Positions 8,901 to 18,579 of a stretch of 46,565 bases of DNA are shown here, piece after piece. Source of the DNA: Clostridiales bacterium UBA1248. Its GTDB lineage: Bacteria; Bacillota; Clostridia; Oscillospirales; CAG-272. The notes under the pieces are model-generated. The model was not told the DNA's origin. It searched no databases and worked only from the letters and a program-made list of their open reading frames with translations. The stretch spans positions 12,017 through 58,581 of the forward strand of contig DBWC01000115.1 of the NCBI GenBank assembly GCA_002308615.1. The letters are read 5' to 3'. Numbering within the stretch: position 1 is the first letter of the stretch; every line of letters starts with the position of its first letter. A program made the translations under genes and the position numbers.

Positions 8901-9085
8901 CCCGTTACGTTGACTTTGCATTCTTAAACTGCTATAACAACAACGCGAACGCAACGGATTCGCTGCTTGACCAGATACAGTACATCAATAACGAATTGTC
9001 GCGTAAGCGTAAAGAGTTTGGTCTTATTACGTATGAAGATTTTAAAGAACAGAACAAGGAAGCCCATCCTGAATGGTTCGGCTGA
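5972..9085 (+). CDS. Large extracellular sugar solute-binding protein with N-terminal CBM-like beta-sandwich domains
   Basis: Signal peptide without a lipobox. The C-terminal part has SBP family 1 motifs (LFYRKDIF, VPQTWDDL, WEYMKWW). AGGAGG RBS. Confidence 0.85.
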   Translation: MRSPKTAKVIAVLLALLMLIPAGVSATSGTDTETKTEKTTMDQVKEYLYSEDYYTYITEMNAQGWTDAKGAGVTVRAAEGYTYEPDPDYPDYKVEVLDDAEKGKVLHMPEAGMTSWTINVPETGYYVVRIVYMPYETKSINTSNIKREFFVDGKAPFSESYYYEFTRKFVDDFNADAKREDGTQGFTLDKNENEKKPQKSQIYEWSDAYLKDSQGYELQPLKYALAKGEHTISFNATMNDIVISEIFVEPYTAPLSYEEYLSAHGSKDASAGANAAKIQAETPTATSDLTIYALNDRTSSITEPQHASRQLLNTIGDSKWQTFGQWIEWTIPGDQITEDGYYYIVPRFKQSIREGLYVSRVLYINGEIPFENCYRLQFNYSDDWQCTPLNDGEQNLKFWFEAGKDYTIRMEVGYGNMSDTLRMIGDCISDMNDIYRSIIRITGPNPDEFVSYGFAEVIYDTIVLMRSTQLKITDVAEQFKKILGGKSASDIATLEKIAYLLQKMSSKESEIAKNLENLKVNTGYLGTWVMNTKLQALNIDYITLQPAGKDAKDYPQGNAGFFKSLGFEISAFFASFFTDYNSLGAVEDNSDVEPVEVWISTSREEAQVMRELIDLNCPVKVNLKLVAAGTLLPATLAGDGPDISLAMGQTDVINYAIRSAIEPLYVEADGDDNLYSDYLQVCADRFTDQALVGLRLENPESPGSYVYYGIPERLGFSMLFYRKDIFAELDLEVPQTWDDLYKIVPTLQINYRKIGFPSSLGGLMMLMYQRDEDLYSDIDGNGVLDGMQINIDSRTSLECFEELVTLFQTFKFPRAYDLATYFRMGEMPIAVADYLTYNQFTIYATELRGLWEFTLLPGTVVRDDNGNIVYDEEGKAVINSNAPCSVSATVIMRDKKGRSEELRKNCWEYMKWWTGAEAQSSYAKQYEAIIGMAAKFNTANTEALRNMSWTNQERKNLEAQFAHLKGTPEFPGGYIITRYVDFAFLNCYNNNANATDSLLDQIQYINNELSRKRKEFGLITYEDFKEQNKEAHPEWFG

Positions 9086-9143
9086 TAAAATAAAATAAAT
9101 TCATATAGTATAAACGCAAATTTTTAAACAGGAGAAAACCAAC

Positions 9144-10103
9144 ATGTCACAGAATACGGCAGTAAAAGAGAGAAAAGCAAAGCCGGTGGCAAGAAAGGAT
9201 ATGACGAAAGCCCAGTGGACTCTCAAAGAGATGAAGAAGCACAAAGCGGGATATTTTATGATAGCTCCGTTCTTCATTCTGTTCTTCGTGTTCACGGTCG
9301 TCCCCGTATTCCTTTCCATGATCCTGAGCTTTACTTCGTTCAACCTGCTCGAATGGCCGAAATTCATCGGACTTGACAACTATATAAGACTGTTCCTTGA
9401 CGACGATATATTCCTCACCGCCATACAGAACACGCTTATATTCGCCGTTGTAACGGGTCCGGTGTCGTATCTGTTATCGCTGTTCGTTGCATGGTTCATA
9501 AACGAGCTGCCGCCGAAGATGAGAGCGTTCGTAACGTTGATATTCTACGCTCCGTCAATAGCGGGCTCAATGTATCAGATATTCGGTATATTCTTCTCGT
9601 CGGACCGCTACGGTTACGTAAACGGCTTCCTGATCGAGTACAACTTCATAACCGAGCCGATCCAGTTCTTCCAGAACGCGCAGTACGTTATGCCGCTTTG
9701 TATAGTGGTCGCGCTGTGGACGTCGCTCGGTACAACGTTCCTCTCGTTCATCGCGGGTCTTCAGATCGTCGATAACAGCCTGTATGAGGCGGGCGCGCTC
9801 GACGGTGTCAAAAACCGCTGGCAGGAGCTTTGGTACATAACCCTGCCGGCTATGAAAGAGCAGCTGATGTTCGGTGCGGTCATGAGTATCACGGGTTCAT
9901 TCGGATTCGGCGGTATAGTTACGGCGCTCGCGGGCTTCCCGTCCGTCGACTACTGCGCATGGACTATAATGCACCATCTGGAGGACTACGGCGGACAGCG
10001 TTTCGAGGTCGGATATTCATCCGCCATCGCGACGATACTGTTCTTGATGATGATAGGCTCTAACATGCTTATCAAGAAACTCTTATCAAAGGTGGGACAG
10101 TAA
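9144..10103 (+). CDS. Carbohydrate ABC transporter permease (MalF/UgpA type)
   Basis: GLDNY and EAA loop LYEAGALDG; multiple TM segments. Confidence 0.92.
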   Translation: MSQNTAVKERKAKPVARKDMTKAQWTLKEMKKHKAGYFMIAPFFILFFVFTVVPVFLSMILSFTSFNLLEWPKFIGLDNYIRLFLDDDIFLTAIQNTLIFAVVTGPVSYLLSLFVAWFINELPPKMRAFVTLIFYAPSIAGSMYQIFGIFFSSDRYGYVNGFLIEYNFITEPIQFFQNAQYVMPLCIVVALWTSLGTTFLSFIAGLQIVDNSLYEAGALDGVKNRWQELWYITLPAMKEQLMFGAVMSITGSFGFGGIVTALAGFPSVDYCAWTIMHHLEDYGGQRFEVGYSSAIATILFLMMIGSNMLIKKLLSKVGQ

Positions 10104-10104
10104 T

Positions 10105-10980
10105 ATGGCAAGGAAGATGCGTGTAAGAAATCACAAAGTCGTCCTTAACCGGTCTGCCGGGGGCGACGCGGGTATCACCGCACTGCTTGTCGTACTGGGC
10201 GTTCTGATGTTCATACCGATGTACTTCTCGGTAATGACGTCGCTGAAGCCTCTTGATGAGCTGTGGATATTCCCGCCTAAGTTCTACGTCATAAACCCGA
10301 CGTTCAAGAACTACGCGGACCTGTTCAAACTGATGAACACGTCGTGGGTCCCGTTCTCGAGATACATATTCAACACGGTGCTCATCACCGTTGCCGGAAC
10401 GTTCGGCAACCTGTGTCTCGGTTCACTTGCGGCGTACGCGCTGTCGAAGATACCGTTCCCGGGCAGGAAAACGATATTCCAGATGATAGTTTTATCGCTT
10501 ATGTTCGTTTCCACCGTTACCGGTATCGCAAACTTCATCACGTTCTCGTATTTAGGACTCATCGACAACCTGCTGGCGATCATCCTGCCTGCCTGCTGCT
10601 CGACTCTGGGTCTGTACCTGATGAAGCAGTTCATGGATTCGTCTGTCTCAAACGAAGCGCTTGAGAGCGCGCGTCTGGACGGTGCGAGCGAATTCAAGGT
10701 GTTCTGGTCGATAGCGATGCCGATGGTCAAACCGGCGTGGCTGACTCTTATAGTCTACTCGTTCCAGGGCTTGTGGAACACCGGTTCCTCGGTCTACATC
10801 CAGTCCGAGCAGTTAAAGACGTTCAACTACGCTATACAGCAGATACTTTCCGCGGGTATCGTACGCGCGGGCGCAAGTACGGCTGCAATGGTCATAATGA
10901 TGATCGTACCTGTCACGGTATTCATCGTCTCACAGAGCAATATCATTGAGACGATGGCGTCGTCGGGTATGAAGGACTGA
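10105..10980 (+). CDS. Carbohydrate ABC transporter permease (MalG/UgpE type)
   Basis: TSLKP, AAYALSK and EAA loop LESARLDGASEF. Confidence 0.92.
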   Translation: MARKMRVRNHKVVLNRSAGGDAGITALLVVLGVLMFIPMYFSVMTSLKPLDELWIFPPKFYVINPTFKNYADLFKLMNTSWVPFSRYIFNTVLITVAGTFGNLCLGSLAAYALSKIPFPGRKTIFQMIVLSLMFVSTVTGIANFITFSYLGLIDNLLAIILPACCSTLGLYLMKQFMDSSVSNEALESARLDGASEFKVFWSIAMPMVKPAWLTLIVYSFQGLWNTGSSVYIQSEQLKTFNYAIQQILSAGIVRAGASTAAMVIMMIVPVTVFIVSQSNIIETMASSGMKD

Positions 10981-10992
10981 GGAGGTAATATA

Positions 10993-13131
10993 ATGAATAA
11001 AATTATAAAAGCCGCCGCGGTCGCATTTGCCGTTCTGCTCGTTTTGGCGTCGGTAACTTCAGCGTATTATTCATATCAGACGTACACGTATGATATAAAC
11101 GGAAATGCGATGGAATCTCCGGACGCCTTCGTACCGGACGAGATAGTAACAAGCGACACGATGGGAATATCTCCCCCGCTTGAAAATCCGTCCGATATAT
11201 TCGTTGACGATAAGGAAAACGTCTATATAGCGGACGCGGGAAACAACAGGATAGTGGTGCTCAACAAAAGATACAAGCTCCGCTATTACATAGAAAAATT
11301 CATAAACACACAAGGCATACAGGATAAATTCAACAATCCTCAGGGCGTTTTCGTAACGGATACGAACATATACGTCTGCGATACGGACAACAACAGAATA
11401 GTAATATTCGACCGTGACGCCAAATTTCAGCGTATAGTGGAAAAGCCCCTGGCCGACGAGTTCTCGGTCGACGACCTCTACCGCCCCAAAGCAGTTGCGG
11501 TCGACAGATCGGGCAGAATGTACGTCGTTTCATCCTCTACATATCAGGGTATCATAGCGATGGACAGCGACGGTGTGTTCCAGGGCTTCATAGGAGCTCA
11601 GAAATCGCCGCTTTCCGCGTGGCAGATATTCTGGAGAAGATTCCAGACGCAGGAGCAGATAGATCAGCAGCAGAGAACTGTTTCGTCCGAGTATGAAAAC
11701 ATAACGATTGACGATAACGGTATGATCTACGTTACCAACATCAACCTTGACGAAGGCGCGCAGCAGAATGCGATCACGGGTAAGGACAAATCCGGTGAAT
11801 ACGCGCCTGTCAAGATGCTGAACACACAGGGTGACGAGATACTGAAGCGTAACGGCTTCTTCCCGCCGTCCGGTGAGGTAAAGATAAACTACTCCGCATC
11901 CACAAGCTCCAACATCTACGGCCCGTCAAAGATAGTAGACGTGGCGCTCGGTCCGATGGGAACGTGGAGCATAATAGACAAGACAAGATCAAAGATCTTC
12001 ACGTATGACGAGGACGGATCCCTGATGTTCGTATTCGGCGACCAGGGCTCACAGCTCGGCAACATGGAGACGGTCAACGGTATAGTATATAAGGGCAACG
12101 ACCTGCTCGTGCTTGACAATACCGCGGACAACATAACGGTCTTCAAGAGAACGGAATACGGAAACATCCTTATAAGCGCTCTTGAAAATCAGAAAAAACT
12201 GAATTACGACGAGGCTGCCGACAACTGGAGAGGCATCCTCATGAGAAACAACAACTTTGACGAAGCGTACGTCGGTATAGGCAAAGCCTATTACAGAGAG
12301 GGCGATTATCAGGCGGCGATGAAGATGTACGAGGCCGCTTACGAAACGTCGAACTATTCCACCGCGTTCAAGCAGTACAGAAAAGAATGGGTCGCAAAAT
12401 ACGCGCTTATCGTACCGCTCGTTATAATCGTGGTCGTCGTGGGACTTTACTTCTTCTTCCGCTTCGTAGGAAAGAGAAATAAGGAAGTCGCCACAAGGCC
12501 CGGCGGCAGAAGGACGTACGGAGAAGAGGTCATCTTCGCTTTCCACCTTATGATGCACCCGTTCGACGGCTTCTGGGATCTGAAGCATGAGAAGAGAGGC
12601 TCGATCAGAGGCGCCGTAACGTGGCTTGCGATAGCGATACTCGCCTTCACGTACAACGGCATAGGTACCGCGTACCTGTTCAATCCGTCGAGAGGCTACC
12701 AGAGCATATTCGGACAGATCATCTCGATAGTCGTTCCGGTAGCGCTGTGGGTGCTCTCCAACTGGTGTCTTACCACTTTGTTCGAGGGTGAGGGAAGTCT
12801 GAAGGATATCTTCATAGCAACGTGCTACGCGCTCGTTCCGATACCGCTGTGCATAATCCCGCATACGCTGCTCTCACACGTGCTGAGCCTTTCCGAGGGC
12901 AAGGTGCTCGACCTTATCGTAGGCGTCATGTGGGTGTGGGTAGGAATGCTGGTGTTCTTCGGATCACAGGTTACTCACGACTATTCATTCATCAAAAACA
13001 TACTTACCTCGGCAGGTACGATCGTAGGTATGGCGTTCATTATGTTCGTAGCGCTTCTGTTTACGAACCTGATTCAAAAGATCGTCGGTTTCGTGGCTAA
13101 CATAGTCACTGAGCTGTCGTACCGAATTTAG
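10993..13131 (+). CDS. NHL-repeat beta-propeller + TPR + Yip1-like membrane domain protein
   Basis: NHL repeats (YIADAGNNRI, YVCDTDNNRI), a TPR (AYVGIGKAYYREGDYQAAM), and a C-terminal multi-TM domain starting HPFDGFWDLK. Confidence 0.8.
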   Translation: MNKIIKAAAVAFAVLLVLASVTSAYYSYQTYTYDINGNAMESPDAFVPDEIVTSDTMGISPPLENPSDIFVDDKENVYIADAGNNRIVVLNKRYKLRYYIEKFINTQGIQDKFNNPQGVFVTDTNIYVCDTDNNRIVIFDRDAKFQRIVEKPLADEFSVDDLYRPKAVAVDRSGRMYVVSSSTYQGIIAMDSDGVFQGFIGAQKSPLSAWQIFWRRFQTQEQIDQQQRTVSSEYENITIDDNGMIYVTNINLDEGAQQNAITGKDKSGEYAPVKMLNTQGDEILKRNGFFPPSGEVKINYSASTSSNIYGPSKIVDVALGPMGTWSIIDKTRSKIFTYDEDGSLMFVFGDQGSQLGNMETVNGIVYKGNDLLVLDNTADNITVFKRTEYGNILISALENQKKLNYDEAADNWRGILMRNNNFDEAYVGIGKAYYREGDYQAAMKMYEAAYETSNYSTAFKQYRKEWVAKYALIVPLVIIVVVVGLYFFFRFVGKRNKEVATRPGGRRTYGEEVIFAFHLMMHPFDGFWDLKHEKRGSIRGAVTWLAIAILAFTYNGIGTAYLFNPSRGYQSIFGQIISIVVPVALWVLSNWCLTTLFEGEGSLKDIFIATCYALVPIPLCIIPHTLLSHVLSLSEGKVLDLIVGVMWVWVGMLVFFGSQVTHDYSFIKNILTSAGTIVGMAFIMFVALLFTNLIQKIVGFVANIVTELSYRI

Positions 13132-13154
13132 AAAGGATGGGAGGAAAAGAAAAT

Positions 13155-16100
13155 ATGAAAAAAATACTCTCAACCTTACTCGCGGCTTTGATGATCGTAA
13201 GCGTGTTCACCGTTCTTTTCACCTCGAATATGACGGTATACGCGAAATCCGACAGTGAAGAGACCGCGGAAGAGGAAACGGCGGAAGAGGAAACGGCGGA
13301 AGACGATAACGGACGCGACGACATGAGCATAGATATCCTTAAGGTCGTTTACAAAACGCCCGAGGATAAGCTCAAGGATATGAAGCTGAGAATAGAAAAC
13401 GACAATTATCAGCTTTACGTTCGCGCGGCGTACGGAGAAATAGCGTTAAAAGACAAAAGGACCGGTCAGGTACTGTTCTCGAACCCCTACGACATAGGAT
13501 CGACGAAGGGTTCCGCGGATACAAAGGCGGAGCTTATGTCGCAGATCATACTCCAGTTCACGACCGGCTCCAAAACCACCGTGTATAACAGCTATACGGA
13601 AGCGGCTCTCCGTGAGCAGATAGTCGTAAAGAATATCAAAAAAGGCGTCCGTGTAGAATATACGCTCGGTAAATCACAGACAAGATGGCTCGTTCCGCAG
13701 ATGATAACGGATGAGCGTTTCCAGGAAGTGATACTCGAACCCATACGCAGCAATACCGCGGAAATGGTCGAATCACAGAGAAACTTCATTTTAGGTAAGT
13801 TTGAAAACGGCTTCTATTCGTTAAAGAACATCAACGACCCGACGATAACCAAGAGCCAGCGTGACCAGATGATCTCGCAGTGGCCGATACTCAAAAAGTA
13901 TCCGGCGGTATGGGTGCTCGGCACCGATACCAAGGACAGAGAGTTCAATATGCTGGAAGGCTACATCAAAATGTACGCCCCCGATTACAGCTATGAAGAG
14001 CTTGACTACGACCACGACATTACCGAATTCGAGGTCGCGGCTACGTCTCAGCCTCTGTTCAGAATGGCGATAGAGTACACGCTTGACGAGGACGGCATAA
14101 CTCAGACGCTCGCCGCCAACAGCATCAGCTTTGACGAGAACGTCTATACGCTCGATTACCTGCAGGTCAACCCGTGGTTCGGCTGCGGAAACAGCGCGAA
14201 CAGCGGCTTCACGTTCATACCGGACGGCAGCGGCACGCTCACGAGGTTTGAAGATATCACCAAACCGCTGAACATAACCGCAAACGTCTACGGCCCGGAC
14301 TACGCCTTCTATACGACGGATCCGGCGCACCGTCAGACGATAAGGATGCCTGTATACGGCGTTGTTGAAAACTATTACAACAGGACCGTTAAGGCGGTCA
14401 CGGTAGAGCTTCCCGAGGAGGAATGGTATTACGACCAGTACGGTTATCTTATCAAGACCAAGACCGAGATGCGCTCCACCATCGTGACCGACAACAGAGG
14501 TTACTTCGCCGTGCTTACCGAGGGCGACGCGCTCGCGCAGATCTCCACGGTCAACGGCGGCGGATCGACCCATATTTACAGCACGGTGCAGACTAAGTTC
14601 TTCCCGAGACCTACGGACTCCTACAGCTTACGTGAAGCGATGGGCTCCGCCGCGGACGACGCGATGTGGACGGTCTCCGCAAAGAGAAAATACACCGGCA
14701 ACTACACCGTAAAGTACTTCATGCTGTCGGATACCGAAAAGGTAAACGAATACTACAAGGGTCTTGAAGAAGAAGGCAAAACGGATACCGAATCCAGATT
14801 CTATTCGGCGGATTACATGGGCATGGTAAACGCCTGCCGCTACTATCTTGAATCCACCGGTCAGATAGAAAGACTTAAAAAGGAAGACTTAAGATCCGAT
14901 ATACCTCTCATACTCGAGACGCTCGGAACGATAGAAACGGAGGACACGGTACTTTCCGTACCGGTCACCGTAAAGAAGCCTCTTACCTCGTTTGACGATA
15001 TAAAGGCGATGTATAACCAGCTTGCCGAATCCGGTATAACGAATATCAAATTCAAGCTGACAGGTTATGCCAACGGAGGACTTTACGCCACCGTGCCTTA
15101 CAACCTCAAATGGGAAAATAAAGTGGGCGGAAACAAGGGCTTTGAAAGCCTTATGGATTTCGCAAACGAAAAGGGCTTTGAAGTATTCCCGGAATTTGAA
15201 TTCACGTATCTGCTCAAAACCAAATTGTTTGACGGCTTCTCGTACAAACAGCACGCGGCAAAGACGATGGATAACCGTTATCCGAGATCGTACTATTATG
15301 ATCCCGCGTACCAGATGACGAGAAGATGGGGCCCGAACCTCATATCAACGTCCGTGTTCATGCACTTCTATGAGCACATGGCGCCCAAGCTCCTCAAATA
15401 CGCGCCGTCCGGCATATCCGCCGCGACGCTGGGCTCCGATCTTAACTCCGACTTCGATAAGAAGGACGCGTACAACAGAGAAGATTCAAAGAGCCTTGTC
15501 GTAGAGCTGCTTGCAAAGATGCAGGAGGACTTCGGCAACGTAATGGTAGACGGAGGCAACCTGTACTCGGTCAAAAACGTCGACTACATACTCGATATGC
15601 CGCTTGATTCCAGCCAGTATCTGAAAACGAGCGAAGCGATACCTTTCATGGGTATGGTGCTCCACGGATACGTACAGTTCGCCGGAACGTCGCTCAATAT
15701 GGCGGGTGACATAGACTACGAAATGTTGAAGGCTATCGAAAACGGCGCCGTACCGTATTTCCTCTTAGCATACGAGAATACGGATATCTTGAAGAAAGAC
15801 TCCGAATACAAGAAGATGTACTCCGTAAACTTTAAGATCTGGGCGGAATCCGGTCTTATAGAGAAGTACAAGATCTTAAACGAGGCGTTGAAAGACGTTC
15901 AGGATAAGATCATAGTAAACCACGAGTTTATCAAGGGCGTTCGCGTTCTTACCGCTGAGGAGATCAAGGAACGCGAGGAAGACGAGCAGAGAAGACTTGA
16001 CGAAGAGAGCGCCGCTCAGGCGCTTGAAGACGCCAAGACCGCCGAGGACGTGACGGAAGTTCCCGAAGACGACGAAGTTGTCGTAGACGCTGAAGCGACG

Positions 16101-16382
16101 GATGCGGAAGAGGTCGAGACCGAAGCCGAGACCGAAGCCGAGACCGAGGCGGAAACGGAACCCGAGGAAACGCCCGGCGAAGACGAGGGACCGCAGTCCA
16201 TAATCGATACCGCAAATCCCGAGGATATAGTCAACAACGGCAAGATAGTCCGTGTGACGTTCGAGGGCGGCAAAGTCTTCATACTCAACTACAACAACTA
16301 CGCCGTAACAGTCGACGGATACGACGGAGAAATATCCGCGTTAGGATTCGTAACGTATTTTGCACAGGAGGAGGTTAAGTAA
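13155..16382 (+). CDS. DUF5696-like secreted protein (possible glycoside-hydrolase-like fold)
   Basis: Signal peptide, FIPDGSGTL, MPVYG and LTGYANGG motifs, position inside the ABC cluster, and an acidic C-terminal insert. Confidence 0.7.
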   Translation: MKKILSTLLAALMIVSVFTVLFTSNMTVYAKSDSEETAEEETAEEETAEDDNGRDDMSIDILKVVYKTPEDKLKDMKLRIENDNYQLYVRAAYGEIALKDKRTGQVLFSNPYDIGSTKGSADTKAELMSQIILQFTTGSKTTVYNSYTEAALREQIVVKNIKKGVRVEYTLGKSQTRWLVPQMITDERFQEVILEPIRSNTAEMVESQRNFILGKFENGFYSLKNINDPTITKSQRDQMISQWPILKKYPAVWVLGTDTKDREFNMLEGYIKMYAPDYSYEELDYDHDITEFEVAATSQPLFRMAIEYTLDEDGITQTLAANSISFDENVYTLDYLQVNPWFGCGNSANSGFTFIPDGSGTLTRFEDITKPLNITANVYGPDYAFYTTDPAHRQTIRMPVYGVVENYYNRTVKAVTVELPEEEWYYDQYGYLIKTKTEMRSTIVTDNRGYFAVLTEGDALAQISTVNGGGSTHIYSTVQTKFFPRPTDSYSLREAMGSAADDAMWTVSAKRKYTGNYTVKYFMLSDTEKVNEYYKGLEEEGKTDTESRFYSADYMGMVNACRYYLESTGQIERLKKEDLRSDIPLILETLGTIETEDTVLSVPVTVKKPLTSFDDIKAMYNQLAESGITNIKFKLTGYANGGLYATVPYNLKWENKVGGNKGFESLMDFANEKGFEVFPEFEFTYLLKTKLFDGFSYKQHAAKTMDNRYPRSYYYDPAYQMTRRWGPNLISTSVFMHFYEHMAPKLLKYAPSGISAATLGSDLNSDFDKKDAYNREDSKSLVVELLAKMQEDFGNVMVDGGNLYSVKNVDYILDMPLDSSQYLKTSEAIPFMGMVLHGYVQFAGTSLNMAGDIDYEMLKAIENGAVPYFLLAYENTDILKKDSEYKKMYSVNFKIWAESGLIEKYKILNEALKDVQDKIIVNHEFIKGVRVLTAEEIKEREEDEQRRLDEESAAQALEDAKTAEDVTEVPEDDEVVVDAEATDAEEVETEAETEAETEAETEPEETPGEDEGPQSIIDTANPEDIVNNGKIVRVTFEGGKVFILNYNNYAVTVDGYDGEISALGFVTYFAQEEVK

Positions 16383-17368
16383 TGAATAAAGAAGCTGATG
16401 TAAAGCTTGTTCAGAACACTGCCAACAAAAAGCGCAGAAAAGTGCATTCGCTTGAGAAAAAGACCGCGCGCGGCGGTTACCTGTTCACGCTTCCGTTCAT
16501 AATCGGATTTATCGTTATATATCTTCCTGTCGTGTTTGAATCCTTCTTATACAGTGTTACGACGATAGAAAGAATAAACGCCGGTGAATCCTACCAGCTC
16601 GTCTGGGCGGGACTTGCCAACTACCGTGAGGCGCTGTTCTCTGATCCGAACTACAGCCAGATACTCACCGCGGGTTTAAGACAGCTTGTTCTTGACGTTC
16701 CCGCAATACTGATATTCTCGCTGTTCATCGCAGTCCTGCTCAACCAGAAAATGGTGGGCAGAGCCGCGTTCCGTGCGATATTCTTCGTTCCCGTTATCTT
16801 ATCAACAGGTCTTATATCGCAGATAGACTACAGCAACACAAGCCTTATGACTTACATGTCCGATACCGAGGGTATCGGTACAAACGCTGCGCAAACGACG
16901 AGCGTCGCGGAGATAGTGTCGGCAATGGATATTGAATATCTGTTTGCCAATATGAAGATCGGCGGCGGTATGGCGAAATACGTTTCGTCAATACTGAATA
17001 ATATATATAACATAGTGAACCGTTCGGGCGTTCAGATGCTTATATTCTTAGCCGGTCTGCAGTCGATATCCCCCGCTATATACGAATCCTGCAACGTTGA
17101 GGGTGCGTCCGCGTGGGAGACCTTCTGGAAGATAACCTTCCCGATGATAAGCCCGATGATTCTCGTCAACTTCATATATACGATCATAGACGCGTTCACC
17201 TCTTCGACGAACTCCGTTATGTCGTATATCAACCAGGTCTACGGGGAAGCCGGTAAAGACACGCTCTCGGTCGCAATGGCATGGATATACTTCGCCATAG
17301 TTATTGTGGCGGTGCTTATAGCCGCGGCGCTTATGAGTGCGTTCGTCTTCTACCAGAGAAGGGATTAA
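16382..17368 (+). CDS. Carbohydrate ABC transporter permease (MalF/UgpA type)
   Basis: GLANY, RAIFFVP and EAA loop IYESCNVEGASAWE. Confidence 0.92.
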   Translation: MNKEADVKLVQNTANKKRRKVHSLEKKTARGGYLFTLPFIIGFIVIYLPVVFESFLYSVTTIERINAGESYQLVWAGLANYREALFSDPNYSQILTAGLRQLVLDVPAILIFSLFIAVLLNQKMVGRAAFRAIFFVPVILSTGLISQIDYSNTSLMTYMSDTEGIGTNAAQTTSVAEIVSAMDIEYLFANMKIGGGMAKYVSSILNNIYNIVNRSGVQMLIFLAGLQSISPAIYESCNVEGASAWETFWKITFPMISPMILVNFIYTIIDAFTSSTNSVMSYINQVYGEAGKDTLSVAMAWIYFAIVIVAVLIAAALMSAFVFYQRRD

Positions 17369-17380
17369 GGAGGTGATATT

Positions 17381-18445
17381 ATGAATAATACACAGACTGA
17401 ACCCAAGGTAAAGAAAGAGACAAAGAATACCATAAAGGTAGAATTTGACAGAACTCCGTTCTGGCAGAGGATGAAGGCGAAATTCGTCAATAAAAACTTT
17501 TTCATAAAGCTTATATGGGCGATCTTCCGTTACGTAATACTCATAGGTATCGCGTACATCATCCTGTTCCCGTTCTTTACAAAAGTATCGTCCTCCTTTA
17601 TGGGACCCGAGGACTTCGTTGACGCGACGGTCAAGCTCATCCCAAAGAACTTCACGCTTGACACTTACAAATACATATTCTTAGAGAATAAGTATATGCA
17701 AGCGGTCGGAAACACGATGATTTTGTCGATATCCGCGGCTCTGCTTCAGACGTTCGTCTGCGCGATGATAGGTTACGGTCTTGCAAAGTTCAAATTCAAG
17801 GGCAACAAGATACTGTTCTTACTCGTTATATTCTCAATGATAATCCCGCACCAGACGCTGCAGCTCTCACTGTTTATGAAATTCCGTTACTTTGACATAC
17901 TCGGTATCATACAGCTGTTAGGCGGAGGCTCGCAATGGCTGCCGCAGCTCAACGTCACGGGCGGTGTGACGAGCATCAACCTGACGAACACCTACATACC
18001 GCTTGCACTGCTTTCGGCAACGGGACTTGCGTTCAAGAACGGTCTGTATATCTTCATGATGAGACAGTTCTACCGCGGCGTTCCGAACGAGCTTGAGGAA
18101 TCCGCTTACATAGACGGTTCCGGCATATTCAAGACCTTCTTGAAGATAATCCTGCCGCTGTCCGTTCCTATGATGATAACGATATTCCTGTTCGCATTCT
18201 CGTGGCAGTGGACGGATACGTTCTATACGTCGCTGTTCTTCACAAGAACGTCGATGGTGCTGATGAAGAACGTTATAGCGATACCCGAATCGCTGAATAT
18301 AACGTACGCCGGCTCGTCGATGTATAACGCGGCTATCAGAAACACCTGCGGACTTATGATCATAGCTCCGCTGGTAGTCATCTACCTGTTCTGCCAGAGA
18401 TACCTTATCCAGGGTATCGAGCGTTCCGGTATGACCGCGGACTGA
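17381..18445 (+). CDS. Carbohydrate ABC transporter permease (MalG/UgpE type)
   Basis: GYGLAKFKF, EAA loop LEESAYIDG and QRYLIQGIERSG. Confidence 0.92.
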   Translation: MNNTQTEPKVKKETKNTIKVEFDRTPFWQRMKAKFVNKNFFIKLIWAIFRYVILIGIAYIILFPFFTKVSSSFMGPEDFVDATVKLIPKNFTLDTYKYIFLENKYMQAVGNTMILSISAALLQTFVCAMIGYGLAKFKFKGNKILFLLVIFSMIIPHQTLQLSLFMKFRYFDILGIIQLLGGGSQWLPQLNVTGGVTSINLTNTYIPLALLSATGLAFKNGLYIFMMRQFYRGVPNELEESAYIDGSGIFKTFLKIILPLSVPMMITIFLFAFSWQWTDTFYTSLFFTRTSMVLMKNVIAIPESLNITYAGSSMYNAAIRNTCGLMIIAPLVVIYLFCQRYLIQGIERSGMTAD

Positions 18446-18469
18446 TACCGTGCCGCAGCTTTAAAACAC

Positions 18470-18504
18470 AAAAACACGTCGCGTTATTTCGCGGCGTGTT
18501 TTTT
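18470..18504 (+). terminator. Intrinsic terminator of the ABC operon
   Basis: AAAAACACGTCGCG-TTATTT-CGCGGCGTGTTTTTT. Confidence 0.85.
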
Positions 18505-18519
18505 ATATTCGTTTTCGTA

Positions 18520-18548
18520 TTGACTTTTTATCGCCCGGATGATATAAT
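18520..18548 (+). promoter_or_regulatory. Sigma-A promoter
   Basis: TTGACT-17 bp-TATAAT with TG extension. Confidence 0.75.
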
Positions 18549-18579
18549 ACATTTAACCGGTTTTTAAAGGAGAAATGCT

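Noticed and set aside
16020-16190. ETEAETE-type repeats (also 13258-13301 and 20470-20562) as contingency loci
   Set aside because: They are in-frame, degenerate acidic linkers; unit changes would alter length only and would not switch phase.
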